In this document: piece by piece, positions 24,601-35,879 of the stretch
Layout of the letters: every line of letters starts with the position of its first letter
Numbering within the stretch: position 1 is the first letter of the stretch
From: Hydrurus foetidus
Taxonomy: Eukaryota
DNA: 38,937 nucleotides
Assembly (NCBI GenBank): GCA_900617105.1
Contig: UYFQ01000403.1
Span: 1 to 38,937, forward strand
Direction of reading: 5' to 3'
Made by a program: the position numbers and the translations under genes
Notes under the pieces: generated by a model
Seen by the model: only the letters and a program-made list of their open reading frames with translations
What the model was told of the DNA's origin: nothing
Databases searched by the model: none

Positions 24601-26703
24601 CATACTTGAGTATGCTAACATGACTATACGACACAGGCAACGTGTTCTAACATTATGCTACAGTGCTACAGGGTACATACAGTGGGGGTACTTACGTCAC
24701 CTGATACAGTGTACATAATATCGAATAACGATGATGGTGATATGATTGTTTGACGATTGATTGATGATCAGCATCATCAATGCATCATACTTGAGTATGC
24801 TAACATGACTATACGACACAGGCAACGTGTTCTAACATTATGCTACAGTGCTACAGGGTACATACAGTGGGGGTACTTACGTCACCTGATACAGTGTACA
24901 TAATATCGAATAACGATGATGGTGATATGTTTGACGATTGATTGATGATCAGCATCATCAATGCATCATACTTGAGTATGCTAACATGACTATACGACAC
25001 AGGCAACGTGTTCTAACATTATGCTACAGTGCTACAGGGTACATACAGTGGGGGTACTTACGTCACCTGGTACAGTGTACATAATATCGAATAACGATGA
25101 TGGTGATATGTTTGACGATTGATTGATTGATGATCAGCATCATCAATGCATCATACTTGAGTATGCTAACATGACTATACGACACAGGCAACGTGTTCTA
25201 ACATTATGCTACAGTGCTACAGGGTACATACAGTGGGGGTACTTACGTCACCTGATACAGTGTACATAATATCGAATAACGATGATGGTGATAGTGATAT
25301 GTTTGACGATTGATTGATGATCAGCATCATCAATGCATCATACTTGAGTATGCTAACATGACTATACGACACAGGCAACGTGTTCTAACATTATGCTACA
25401 GTGCTACAGGGTACATACAGTGGGGGTACTTACGTCACCTGATACAGTGTACATAATATCGAATAACGATGATGGTGATATGTTTGACGATTGATTGATG
25501 ATCAGCATCATCAATGCATCATACTTGAGTATGCTAACATGACTATACGACACAGGCAACGTGTTCTAACATTATGCTACAGTGCTACAGGGTACATACA
25601 GTGGGGGTACTTACGTCACCTGATACAGTGTACATAATATCGAATAACGATGATGGTGATATGTTTGTGACGATTGATTGATGATCAGCATCATCAATGC
25701 ATCATACTTGAGTATGCTAACATGACTATACGACACAGGCAACGTGTTCTAACATTATGCTACAGTGCTACAGGGTACATACAGTGGGGTACTTACGTCA
25801 CCTGGTACAGTGTACATAATATCGAATAACGATGATGGTGATATGTTTGACGATTGATTGATTGATGATCAGCATCATCAATGCATCATACTTGAGTATG
25901 CTAACATGACTATACGACACAGGCAACGTGTTCTAACATTATGCTACAGTGCTACAGGGTACATACAGTGGGGGTACTTACGTCACCTGGTACAGTGTAC
26001 ATAATATCGAATAACGATGATGGTGATAGTGATATGTTTGACGATTGATTGATTGATGATCAGCATCATCAATGCATCATACTTGAGTATGCTAACATGA
26101 CTATACGACACAGGCAACGTGTTCTAACATTATGCTACAGTGCTACAGGGTAGGGTACATACAGTGGGGGTACTTACGTCACCTGATACAGTGTACATAA
26201 TATCGAATAACGATGATGGTGATATGTTTGACGATTGATTGATGATCAGCATCATCAATGCATCATACTTGAGTATGCTAACATGACTATACGACACAGG
26301 CAACGTGTTCTAACATTATGCTACAGTGCTACAGGGTACATACAGTGGGGGTACTTACGTCACCTGATACAGTGTACATAATATCGAATAACGATGATGG
26401 TGATAATGATATTTTGACGATTGATTGATTGATCAGCATCATCAATGCATCATACTTGAGTATGCTAACATGACTATACGACACAGGCAACGTGTTCTAA
26501 CATTATGCTACAGTGCTACAGGGTACATACAGTGGGGGTACTTACGTCACCTGATACAGTGTACATAATATCGAATAACGATGATGGTGATATGTTTGAC
26601 GATTGATTGATTCGATAGTTCAGCATCATCAATGCATCATACTTGAGTATGCTAACATGACTATACGACACAGGCAACGTGTTCTAACATTATGCTACAG
26701 TGC
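12628..26703. repeat. Tandem satellite array, ~181-bp monomer (right block, ~77 units)
   Basis: Same monomer (e.g. unit 15241-15421 = 181 bp), highly homogeneous. Length variants come from small duplications (GATAGT, GATAT, ATTG, GGGTA). The block ends abruptly at ...TGCTACAGTGC. Confidence 0.99.
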
Positions 26704-27294
26704 AGGGAGGGGCATTTATTTATTGCTTGGAGTTTTCCTTCCTGCTGTCCATGCAACCCTAGATCAGATGCTAGATATAGTGGCTACGTGGTAGCAGAGT
26801 AGAGAGCCCTATGACTCGTGTATTGGATAATTAAGGAAAGGCATTCCTGGGATTGATCCCAATACTTCGCAAAACATTTTATTTAAAGAGTGTGCGTGCT
26901 ACCACTAGACAATCGGCTCCGATGAAAAGAGCGGAGATTATTAGAGTTGTCTTCGGAAAATCCGAAATTCGGAATGTGATCAAACAAGAAATGCGAAGAA
27001 AACAGATAAAGGAACAGAAATTCACAGTGAATTACTTAATCTGACAAGGAGTGTCAATAAATCGTTCAATTTGAATCGAAATATAAACGAAATCACAGAA
27101 TAATACTTACAAAATTAAAAATAAATAAATAAATCAGGTCAGTTAATTAGGAAATCAAGCAAAATAAAGGAAGGGGATCAATAGATAATAAATTAGTGGA
27201 TACAGATAATGAATTGAAATGCTACAGAAATCTTCTCCTTCCTATTTCTACCAAAAGTTAAATGAAATAATTCTCTGAGAGGAAGAAATAAGAA

Positions 27295-27720
27295 GTGATA
27301 CGGAATATCATGGGATTTCCTGTATGCATACGAAATATATTGTATTTTCCCGTCTTTTCAAGACCTTCGGAACCCCAGACGCGTAGAAAATCATGATCAA
27401 ATATTCCTAATTCGACTGAGAATGCTCCTCATGGCATTAGAAAAAATAGAAAAATAAATCGCAAGACGAAGAATAAAACAAAATGAATAAACAAATTTGA
27501 CGAATTCCGGGAAGGTGATAAATAAATAATGAATAAGAGTTCAACTGCTGCAAAATCGCTTCTGTCCTTATACTCTGGGGGAAGAAATGGTTATTTTCAA
27601 AAAGGAAAGGAGAAGCTGGTGGATTCGGAATACGCGATATTATATATTTTTCCGTATTCATACGAAATATATGAGTTTATTCCGTCTTTCCCCAACCTTC
27701 GGGATCTTCTTGGAATCTAG
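27295..27720. repeat. Degenerate direct repeat (~90-bp units near 27295-27380 and 27620-27710) in AT-rich DNA
   Basis: CGGAATA...CATACGAAATATAT...CCGTCTTT...ACCTTCGG occurs twice. Confidence 0.6.
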
Positions 27721-28339
27721 ACTGACGGAGTGAGAATCCTGACGGAGTCAAAAGCTGTACTCCACTTCAATCGCAGAGGGCGACGAGGTATCGGGGGTGT
27801 CATCGCCAGTGGTGGGTGTGATGCTCGCGACAGGCTAGAAGATGAAAAATGACAGCACCAGGCGTGCATGGAGGCAGTAAGCTTTCTAGAACGATGTTAA
27901 GGCAAAATATAAATGATAGGCGTCTCACATCATCGCAACCTCTGAGTGGGGGCCATTAGCGCGACGGCTGATCAATGACGCCGTGGGATGCCTACCGATA
28001 CTGGCAGTGCACGCCATGTAGGGAGTGACCAGCTAATGTACCGTGGTCTATAGGAGAAGGCTGCAAGGGGATTGTGAAAGACCTCTCCTGTTATTTCTTC
28101 TCACGAGAGCGAGTCAACTGTACGGTAGCTGCTCGGTACAAGAAGGCAGCGCTACAGTAACCACTACGGTGTGCTGTAACTGCACGGCACGTAGAACTTC
28201 CATCGCCAGAAGTGGGTGTGCTGTACGCGCCAGAATGCATCGAACAATAGGAGCACCAGAGCTGCATTCCTGGCGGAAGTGCCGCAGGCCAGCGTGTTAG
28301 TTTGCACAGTGTGATCCGACCAAGAGTCGCGGTTGTCAG

Positions 28340-28820
28340 GACGTGCTGCTGACAGTGCATTGTCGCGGTGTATATTAGTACAGTATGATGCAAGGCTGTG
28401 CATATTAGTGCAGTATGATGCAGTTCGGTGCGCGTGAAAGCAGTGTTCTACAGTACGGTGCATATGAGTGCAGTGCGGTGCATGTGAGTGCAGTGCAGTA
28501 CTGTGCATATCAGTGCGATGTGATGCAGTGCGGTGCATGTGAGTGCAGTGTGATGCAGTGCGATGCATGTGAGTGCAGTGCGGTGCATGTGAGTGCAGTG
28601 TGATGCAGTGCGGTGCATGTGAGTGCAGTGCGGTGCTTGTGAGAGCAGTACGATGCAGTACTGTGCATATCAGTGCGATGTGATGCAGTACTCTGCATAT
28701 TAGTGCGATGTGATGCAGTGCGGTGCATGTGAGTACAGCGCGGTGCATGTGCGTGCAGCGCAGTGCATGTGAGAGCATGCAGTATGGTGCGGTGCGTGCG
28801 AGTGCAGTACGGTGCAGGTA
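28340..28820. repeat. TGCAGTG-based minisatellite / low-complexity tract
   Basis: Repeated GTGCAGTGCGGTGCATGTGA and GATGCAGT units. Confidence 0.9.
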
Positions 28821-29194
28821 GCCCACTGCAGAGTAGAGACGAGACTGGGTGCCTGGAGACAGTGTCTGAGGAGAGATCGTCCCCTTTGGGAATAGCGAAT
28901 GAAGAGTCCACAATAATGTCCATCGCTACCCATGCAGTGTCTTCACTCAAGAAGGCTGCACCACAGTGAGCGGTGCGGTAACAATCCAGCCAGGTGAGGG
29001 TGTATTGTTATAAGTAAATCGTAGGCGATCATAATAGTGATAAGCTGATATGAACTTACGGCACCATAGTGTTGGTGGTGTGCGTTTGCGTTGATGCTTT
29101 GTGGATTCTGGAGAAACACGATTAATTGATGTTGAATCCACACCCTGCGTGAGCAAAGAATGATCAATTGAATTTGTCATTTGAATACGTACAA

Positions 29195-29535
29195 CATAGC
29201 ATTGATGGGTGTGTCTGTCTGCGCATGTGTGACAGTGGCGTCTGGTGTATACTGTAGCCACTGTGCCTTGAAGGCGCAGCGTTGGCTGAGTATACACCAT
29301 CTGAGGCAAGTGAGCCAAGGAAAGCAGACTGTCTTGGTGGGGCAGTCTTCACATGCGCAAGAAACAGCCCCGTAGTGTTTTCCAAAGTGTTAGTTATGGG
29401 TGTGACTGTCTGTACATGTGTGATGAGACAGCCGGGTGGTGTGATGTGTACTGTCTGTAGCCGTGTGGCTACAGAAATAGCGTCGGCCCAGTACATGCTG
29501 CGACGGTTGGTTACATGTTTACAAGAAACAGCCCC
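29195..29535. repeat. Degenerate tandem duplication (~160-190-bp period)
   Basis: ATGGGTGTG(T/A)CTGTCTG...CATGTGTGA...CTGTAGCC appears twice, and CAAGAAACAGCCCC appears twice. Confidence 0.6.
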
Positions 29536-30049
29536 ATAATATATTGATGCAGTCTATTCACTTGTGACAAGCTTGATATGACAAGCCTCTGATTTTACCC
29601 GTGTTATAGCACCTTGTACTGTCTACGGCACCTGTGTGTAGCCGTAGAAAAGGCCTGACTATTAAGTAAGTAATATTCCTGCCGTCAGGTTGACGGTAGA
29701 AAGCTCAGTGCATTGTATGTGTGTGTGCTATAGCGGCGTGGTATACTGTATCTGTCAGAATACTACGCTGCTATAGCACTGGTAAGGGCACAAGCACAAG
29801 AGTGCGCAGCCCTTACCATAATCATATAAGAGAGCGGAGACCCACCTTACCCGCACCAACATCAATTTTTCAGAACTAAAGCGCGATGAGTGGTCGTCTC
29901 CACAGAGTAGCCAGCTTGATGTGAGAGCGCAAGGTGTGATGAAAGGCGCAGAGGTATCGGGGGTGTCAGCGCAAGTCGAGACGAGAAGAACACGGTCGTC
30001 GAGGAGGATGCGTGCCTATCCGACCGACTAGATGTGACCGCGACTCCAG

Positions 30050-30601
30050 GGTCACATCGACAGCCAGGAGGCTGTTGGTGCGTAGCACGCCATTCTTCGA
30101 CTTCATGCTTAGAAACGCACCCTGCGTGCATTTTTGGGTTCGAGCTAGCCGCCCGGATCGGAGGAGAGACGTAGCCTTAAGGATAGACGATCGGACTTTC
30201 GCAGTCAAGACCGCGTCTGATTCTACCAGCTTGATGGGGAGTTCCAACCTGCCTCTACGGGCAGGGGTACGGGGCAGGGGTACGGCCAAGTAGGAGAGTG
30301 CTGAGTCATAACTGTGACCACAAAGGGCAGGGTCACTGCCAAGGCGAAGCTCATCGGCGAGTACCTCGTAGAAAGCGAGTTCCTTAACAGCTTGATCGAG
30401 TTCGCAGAAGCCGATTACGATGAAGAGCTGCTGTGTGTCCCGAAGCGAGATGGGAGCAAGACAGGACTTTGGGTCAGAGCTGTCGGTAACGGGTCGTTAA
30501 AAATCTGTAGTATCACCAAGGACGACCATAAGGTCAGAGGGAAGCAAGCGGCGGGGTCCCATGACTTCATGACGAATACATATGAGCAGCGGAGACCGTG
30601 A
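30050..30601 (+). pseudogene. Probable decayed tyrosine recombinase (DIRS/Ngaro-like retroelement relic)
   Basis: GC-rich broken ORFs: LRIDDRTFAV, TTKGRVTAKAKLIG...ESEFLNSLIEF...DEELL...LK, and C-terminal AAGSHDFMTNTYE. These resemble YR K-beta and terminal catalytic-Tyr regions by eye. No HxxR motif is visible. Confidence 0.4.
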
Positions 30602-30773
30602 CCATCAGGAACGAGATGACCATCAGGAGCGCCCTAGGTAGCTGTGGGTGAAGGGCTTTTCTGGGTCCACGGTCCATCCTATACCAGCGCAGCCGACTGA
30701 GTCAGCGGCTACACGGATAGGGTGGGTGGGCACTAGCTGGCGCGCGAGTGACGCCACTTGTAGGGCAATAGAA

Positions 30774-30936
30774 TGACATGTTTGACGATTGATTGATGAT
30801 CAGCATCATCAATGCATCATACTTGAGTATGCTAACATGACTATACGACACAGGCAACGTGTTCTAACATTATGCTACAGTGCTACAGGGTACATACAGC
30901 GGGGGTACTTACGTCACCTGGTACAGTGTACATAAT
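30774..30936. repeat. Orphan, nearly complete satellite monomer
   Basis: TGACATGTTTGACGATTGATTG...CACCTGGTACAGTGTACATAAT, in the same orientation as the array. Confidence 0.97.
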
Positions 30937-31046
30937 TGGGGGATAAACCTTTATGGTGGTTCCACCTCTATATAAGAGATGACATATAATACGGAGCTAG
31001 AATTGCAGGGATATGACCGTATTCCTGCAGTCCCAGAATGGTTTTT

Positions 31047-31170
31047 GGGGGGTCTAATTTTGGGGGGTCCCGACTATCCGGGGGTCTAATGTGGTTTTGA
31101 CGATTGGGGGGATTTAAGTGGTTTGTCGATTGGGGGGTCTAATTGAGTTTGGGAGTATGGGGGGTCTAAT
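31047..31170 (+). repeat. Short G-run repeats GGGGGGTCTAAT
   Basis: Six G5-G6 runs at ~15-27-bp spacing, four of them followed by TCTAAT. Confidence 0.85.
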
Positions 31171-31353
31171 GGAGCTTGGGTGAATCGCATTATGTAATTT
31201 ACCGCACGACGCAACCCTCTCTTACTTTGTCTTCTTGGTTATTGTGTTGAACTGAAGCTAGCTTTAGTTCAGTGTCGACGTATTATTGACGTGTTACTCT
31301 ATGAGCTCGTACCGAAGCATTTTTTGGCTGACTAGTCTTGTACACACCGTGAA

Positions 31354-31824
31354 ATGGAGCGTTGTAGTATTTTGAGTGATGCCCGAGTTGTTTCGCAGAG
31401 AGGTGACAACAGTTGCCTTTTTCATTCGCTAAGTTTTTGTTTAAGTTATGATGGCATAGTGCCCAGTATTCACGATGATATGTCTGGTTTTCGCTTGCGG
31501 GAGCAGATTTGTAGTTACATCCGCGATCACGAAGATGTGGTTATCAGTATTTCACCGGATGAGCAACGGACATTATCTGAGGCTGTTGGAATGGACGGGT
31601 ATACGTGTAGCAGCTACTGCGCCAAAATGCTGGATCGCATGGAGTGGGGATCTGTCATTGAGATTTCTACTGCTGCGGAAATGTTTTCTATTGGCATTCG
31701 CATTTATGTGCCTGTATCGGGGCAGCGTTATTTTACGTTGCTGGGAACTTACAGGTGTATTGGGTTTGATTCGAACACTAGTGAGATCTATCTTTTGTAC
31801 ACTGGTTTCAACCATTACAACGCT
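31354..31824 (+). CDS. OTU-family cysteine protease domain (ORF runs on to a stop at 31926)
   Basis: GDNSCLFHSLS (Asp/Cys), LREQIC, WGSVIEI and IYLLYTGFNHY (His) are canonical OTU motifs. Confidence 0.9.
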
Positions 31825-33999
31825 CATGTTACTCAACTCTACTTGTTCATATTCCATGGCCTAGTGGTGGCGAAGAAGAATTATTACGTGGTTGTGACTG
31901 TGCTGTCGAATGTTTGTACGACTTGAAGAGAAATGGTGATATTCCTTCTAATGTCAATTACACTTTAGAGTTACTGCACAACTCAAATCTTATTAGAGAA
32001 AATGTGGGAACAAATATAACTGACAGTGGAGAATCTACTGATGAATATTTATACAATAACAGTAGTGATGAAAACAGCTATGTCATAGATGAAAGTCATA
32101 TGGCTCAATTTGGCGACAGTATAAGTATACCAGTAAATTCCAATAATCTGAGCACTGAATGTCTGATTAATCTTACGGCTGCAAATATGCGATATTGTCA
32201 AAATTTTATCCAGACTATTCAAAATAAACATATAGAAAACTTGAGACAAATAAACTCAATACAGTCTACATCTATTAGTGATGATATAACATATGGTTGT
32301 AATATATATTGTAGAGTAGACAATCATGACGAAAGATTAAATACGTTACAATTGAATGTAAGTAGACTAACACAACAGCAACTGAAAGCATATAATATTG
32401 CAGTCGAGTACATAAGTGGCGAGAAGAATAGTCAGATGTTAATGTTTGTAACTGGCGAAGGTGGTACTGGTAAATCATTCCTTATTAGCCTGATAATGGA
32501 ATATACACAAATATGTCATGGGAAACAGAAGGGTTTATACGGTTCAGCATTGGCCATAGCACCGACGGGTGCGGCAGCTAGTGTTATAAGCGGGTATACG
32601 TGGCAGTCAGTCTACGGAAAAGGTAGAATAAAAAAGAAGTCAAAAGTCTGTAATATGTCGAATGAATGTGCACAAGCTGTTGGTAGTAAAATATCGGGTG
32701 TTAAACTTATTGTTCTTGATGAAATTTCAATGATCAATTTGCAAACATTAAATGAAATAAGTGAGCGACAGATAGCAGCTATGGGTACTCAAACAAGTGA
32801 TCCAGTTCTACGAAATAGTTTCAAATCAAAACATTTTGGGGTGTACATATGTTGTTTACTGGAGATTTTTATCAATTAAGGCCAATTGATCCAGAAGCTA
32901 TCTATACAAGTAATATTAAACATGAGAGCTCAATTAAGGGGCGCCAAATATGGCAAGATTTGAATGAATATGTAGTTCTAACTGAAAATACAAGGTATAT
33001 GCATGATACGACTCCGATCATGAATGTGTTTTTATCTGGCGCAAGAAAAGGAAATGTTAACCAGGAGTTACTACATGCGATAAATTCTCGAGTATGTGTA
33101 AATGAAAGAGCAGCAAGGAGAGAAGCTGGTCCGGATGCTGTATGGATAGCTCACGAGAATAAGATAGTTAGAAGACTTAATAAAACAGATTTTGAAGAAA
33201 AGATGTCAAATGGTGTTTTAAGTTATAAACTTATTGCACGGCATTTACCTGTTTCAAAAGAATATAAGCTGCCGGATAAAGAAGCCGTTGATGCAATGTT
33301 ATTAATAACAAGGTATGGCAGTCCATCTCCATATTTAGATCTGGCCATTGGCACGAAAGTGAGCTGCACTATGAACCTGGGAACACAAATAGGTGAACTT
33401 TATCTTGTTTTTCAATTTGTTATAAAAATTTAACGGGAGCTATTTTACAACATACATTATGTATACAACATTCGCTCACAATATATAACATGTATATGAA
33501 TTATTTAGGAATCTTTAATGGTGCAAAAGGAAAGGTTGTTGCCTTTGCATTTTCGTATGATCCAGATATAATCGCAAATGATCAACAAAGTTCGTATATA
33601 CAAAAGGAGTTACCTGTGGTATTTGTCCAGATGGACAATGATATAGGTTATTCAGTTATACCTTCTATACCCAATGTGATTCCATTTACGGAACAATGTG
33701 ATGTGACCGAAAGATATGGCAAGTATTATTTTAGATGGCAAATTCCACTTGTTGCTGCATTCGCTACAACAACTCATAAAATGCAAGGGTCAACAGTAAA
33801 AGGTAATTGTGTCACGATTCCTTCCCTGAAGGCTCCATGGGCTCGCGGATTGGACTATGTCGCTAATTCCAGGGCAACGGAATTATCAAAACTATTTCTA
33901 ATTAGACCATTAAAAGAGCAGCATTTTACAAGTCATGCAAAAGAGCGAGAGATAATCGACCAAGAATATTTTCGTCTGAGTCGTTTGTTTCGATTGTAA
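31821..33999 (+). CDS. PIF1-family (SF1B) helicase, C-terminal half of a RepHel; frameshift at 32838-32841, intron 33393-33508
   Basis: Motifs TGEGGTGKS, APTGAAA, LIVLDEISM, FG[G]VHMLFTGDFYQLRPI, LTENTRY, QIPLVAAFATTTHKMQGST, YVANSR. Splicing G|GTGAAC...TTTAG|GA restores NLGTQIGIFNGAKG. The frame is open upstream of the listed TTG to 31785. Confidence 0.92.
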
Positions 34000-34213
34000 T
34001 TGGATTTTGTATTCAATAGAGTTTTGCTGAGAATTTATATGACATTCAAAATTTTAAAATGAATCCAAAGTTTCAGTAAAAAAATATATTTGTATTTTTT
34101 TACTTCCATTCAGCAACGGGGCACCCGGAAACCATTGATAAATTCCTACGGACCCAACAGAAGTTGATATAGAAAAAAATGAGGTTACCCCCTGAGAAAA
34201 ATCTATATTTAAA

Positions 34214-35395
34214 TTATTTGTTTATGACATAAAGATCCATCAGATAACATTGGTTCATCCAGCGCATTCGTGTGGCTAAATTTTGAATTGAGAAAAAAAT
34301 TTCACCTCCGATGCATCCGTTGTCATATATTGTGCCCTGCAAATGTTCATCTAAGTCTACGCCTATGGCATGATCATTAAGCATTGGTTTACCTTTAATC
34401 CATGTATCAATCTTGTCTGTGTCTAATGATTTCGTAGATATAGATGTAAGAAGGCGTTTGTGCGTATCATTATTTCTCCGCGATGCTCCAAAAAATACAT
34501 ATTTTCCTTTTCTGCTCAGATTTGTCTCGAGACGTGTCATGTCCCAGGTTCCGTTGAAACCTAATTGTTTGAAACTGTACCTAACTATTAATCCTGTGGA
34601 TCTATAATGCATGTCTGAAACATGTCTTAAGAATAAATGCGCGTCTGTCGAAGTAGTTCCACGTACGAAGTTCTTGCCCTGTTCGTTAACTGCAGCTTTA
34701 AAAACTTCCCTTACATCCATCGTTCCATTCATCTGGTGTTAGAGAAGCATATTGTTATAAACTTTAAATTGCAGAAATGAATACAGTTACAGAGCTTACC
34801 GTTGCTAATTTTTGTTGCTCCTTATTCATGAGCCCAAACATGGCGCTAAGCATGCACAAATTTTCCGATGGCTTCCATGATGTAGTGCTCTGTTCGACAA
34901 GCTCTTGAGATTGAGTGGCCGTCTCTGCTGCAAATGTAATGATTAATGTAGCTGGAATGGTCAGCATTTTAGACGGCTAGATTCATGTGCCATGTTAGTT
35001 TATCTACAGTTGTGGCAAAGCATAAGATCGATCCTAATCTTTGTACCTTCATGACATGTGTTGGTTTGATTTTTATGGCTTGGCTTCTTTGACATTTTAC
35101 GGGCCGAATCTTTCCTAGCCTTAACCGTTATAGGTGGCGCCTTCAGCAACTTTGCCTGTTTACGGAGGTCCGCAGCTTTCGAAGGCGGCGCTCCTAATAA
35201 CTTTGCCAGCTTGTGAGTGTTTGAAGCTTTTACTGGTGGCGATTTTAGTAACTTCGCCTGCTTCTGAGTGCTTGTAGCTATAAGCGATGGCGCCAGCATT
35301 GATTGTGTCCTCTTCTGCGGTCTTGGAGCGATTAATGGTGTCGCTAACACAGCCGGTTCTCCTATTGTTGATTGAAGTGGGTGTCCCGTCAACAT
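34214..35395 (-). CDS. Multi-exon gene, putative papain-fold cysteine protease with low-complexity repeat N-terminus; 5' exons uncertain (possibly to ~35850)
   Basis: Phase-0 intron 34733-34799 (GTAAGC...CACCAG) joins ENLCMLSAMFGL (Cys) to DHAIGV (His) and IYDNG (Asp). The upstream ORF has three 16-aa K(Q/L)AKLLxxPP repeats. Confidence 0.55.
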
Positions 35396-35879
35396 TGTGT
35401 TAGAGCCTTAGATCTAATGTTATCTAAGTACCTCCATGACGATCGCTCAAAAGCTCAGGCCAGACAGGTTTCTTGGTCATGTCAGCTTCAGTTGCGTACG
35501 AAGCCATAATTATAGACGTTGGCGTTACCATCAAATTCGACAGCCTTCGTTGGCTTGACGATATTGCATTGGATGCAGCACTCATCGCCTTGGGGGCATC
35601 TGTGATCATTTTACCAATGCCAACAGTTAGGACAACCAAGATTTACAGCTATAGGGCAGCAGGTGCCATACCGAGTTGGCACGGCTCCGTAGCGATGTCG
35701 TTGCCCAATGTTGTGGACGAAATCCCTTCAGTCAGCAACTTCTTGTGCGTATGCTTCTTGATTTGAGGCATGCCAGAACTAAAGCTGTCGACGTGGCGTG
35801 AGGTTTTAACTGTTCCTACGAGGGCACGTTTGTTGTATGCTTGCATGAGTCGTGAGAGCTCACTGTAGCTACGATGTGT

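Noticed and set aside
1..26703. CRISPR-like array
   Set aside because: Units are contiguous near-identical 181-mers with no unique spacers, there are no cas genes, and the context is eukaryotic.
485..26794. Short ORFs in the satellite (MIDDQHHQCII...) and in the LTRs (MVLTYVRLY...)
   Set aside because: They arise only where indels remove stops in repeat or low-complexity DNA, mostly with non-ATG starts.
26853..27720. Small ORFs in the AT-rich block after the array
   Set aside because: Short, biased composition and no motifs; probably non-coding repeat remnant.
28091..28969. His/Cys-rich ORFs (e.g. 28164-28913) as metal-binding proteins
   Set aside because: They are translations of the TGCAGTG minisatellite, open in several frames on both strands.
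30997..31029. Canonical Helitron 3' end (hairpin + CTAG) on the minus strand
   Set aside because: The hairpin is only ~3 nt from CTAG, the next base is not T, and the orientation is opposite to the helicase.
32838..32841. Programmed frameshift in the helicase
   Set aside because: One extra G restores FGGVHMLFTGD. The same GGGGTGTA context gives a likely slip in the OB gene (~36854-36857), and satellite G-runs vary between 4 and 5, which points to homopolymer sequencing error or simple mutation.
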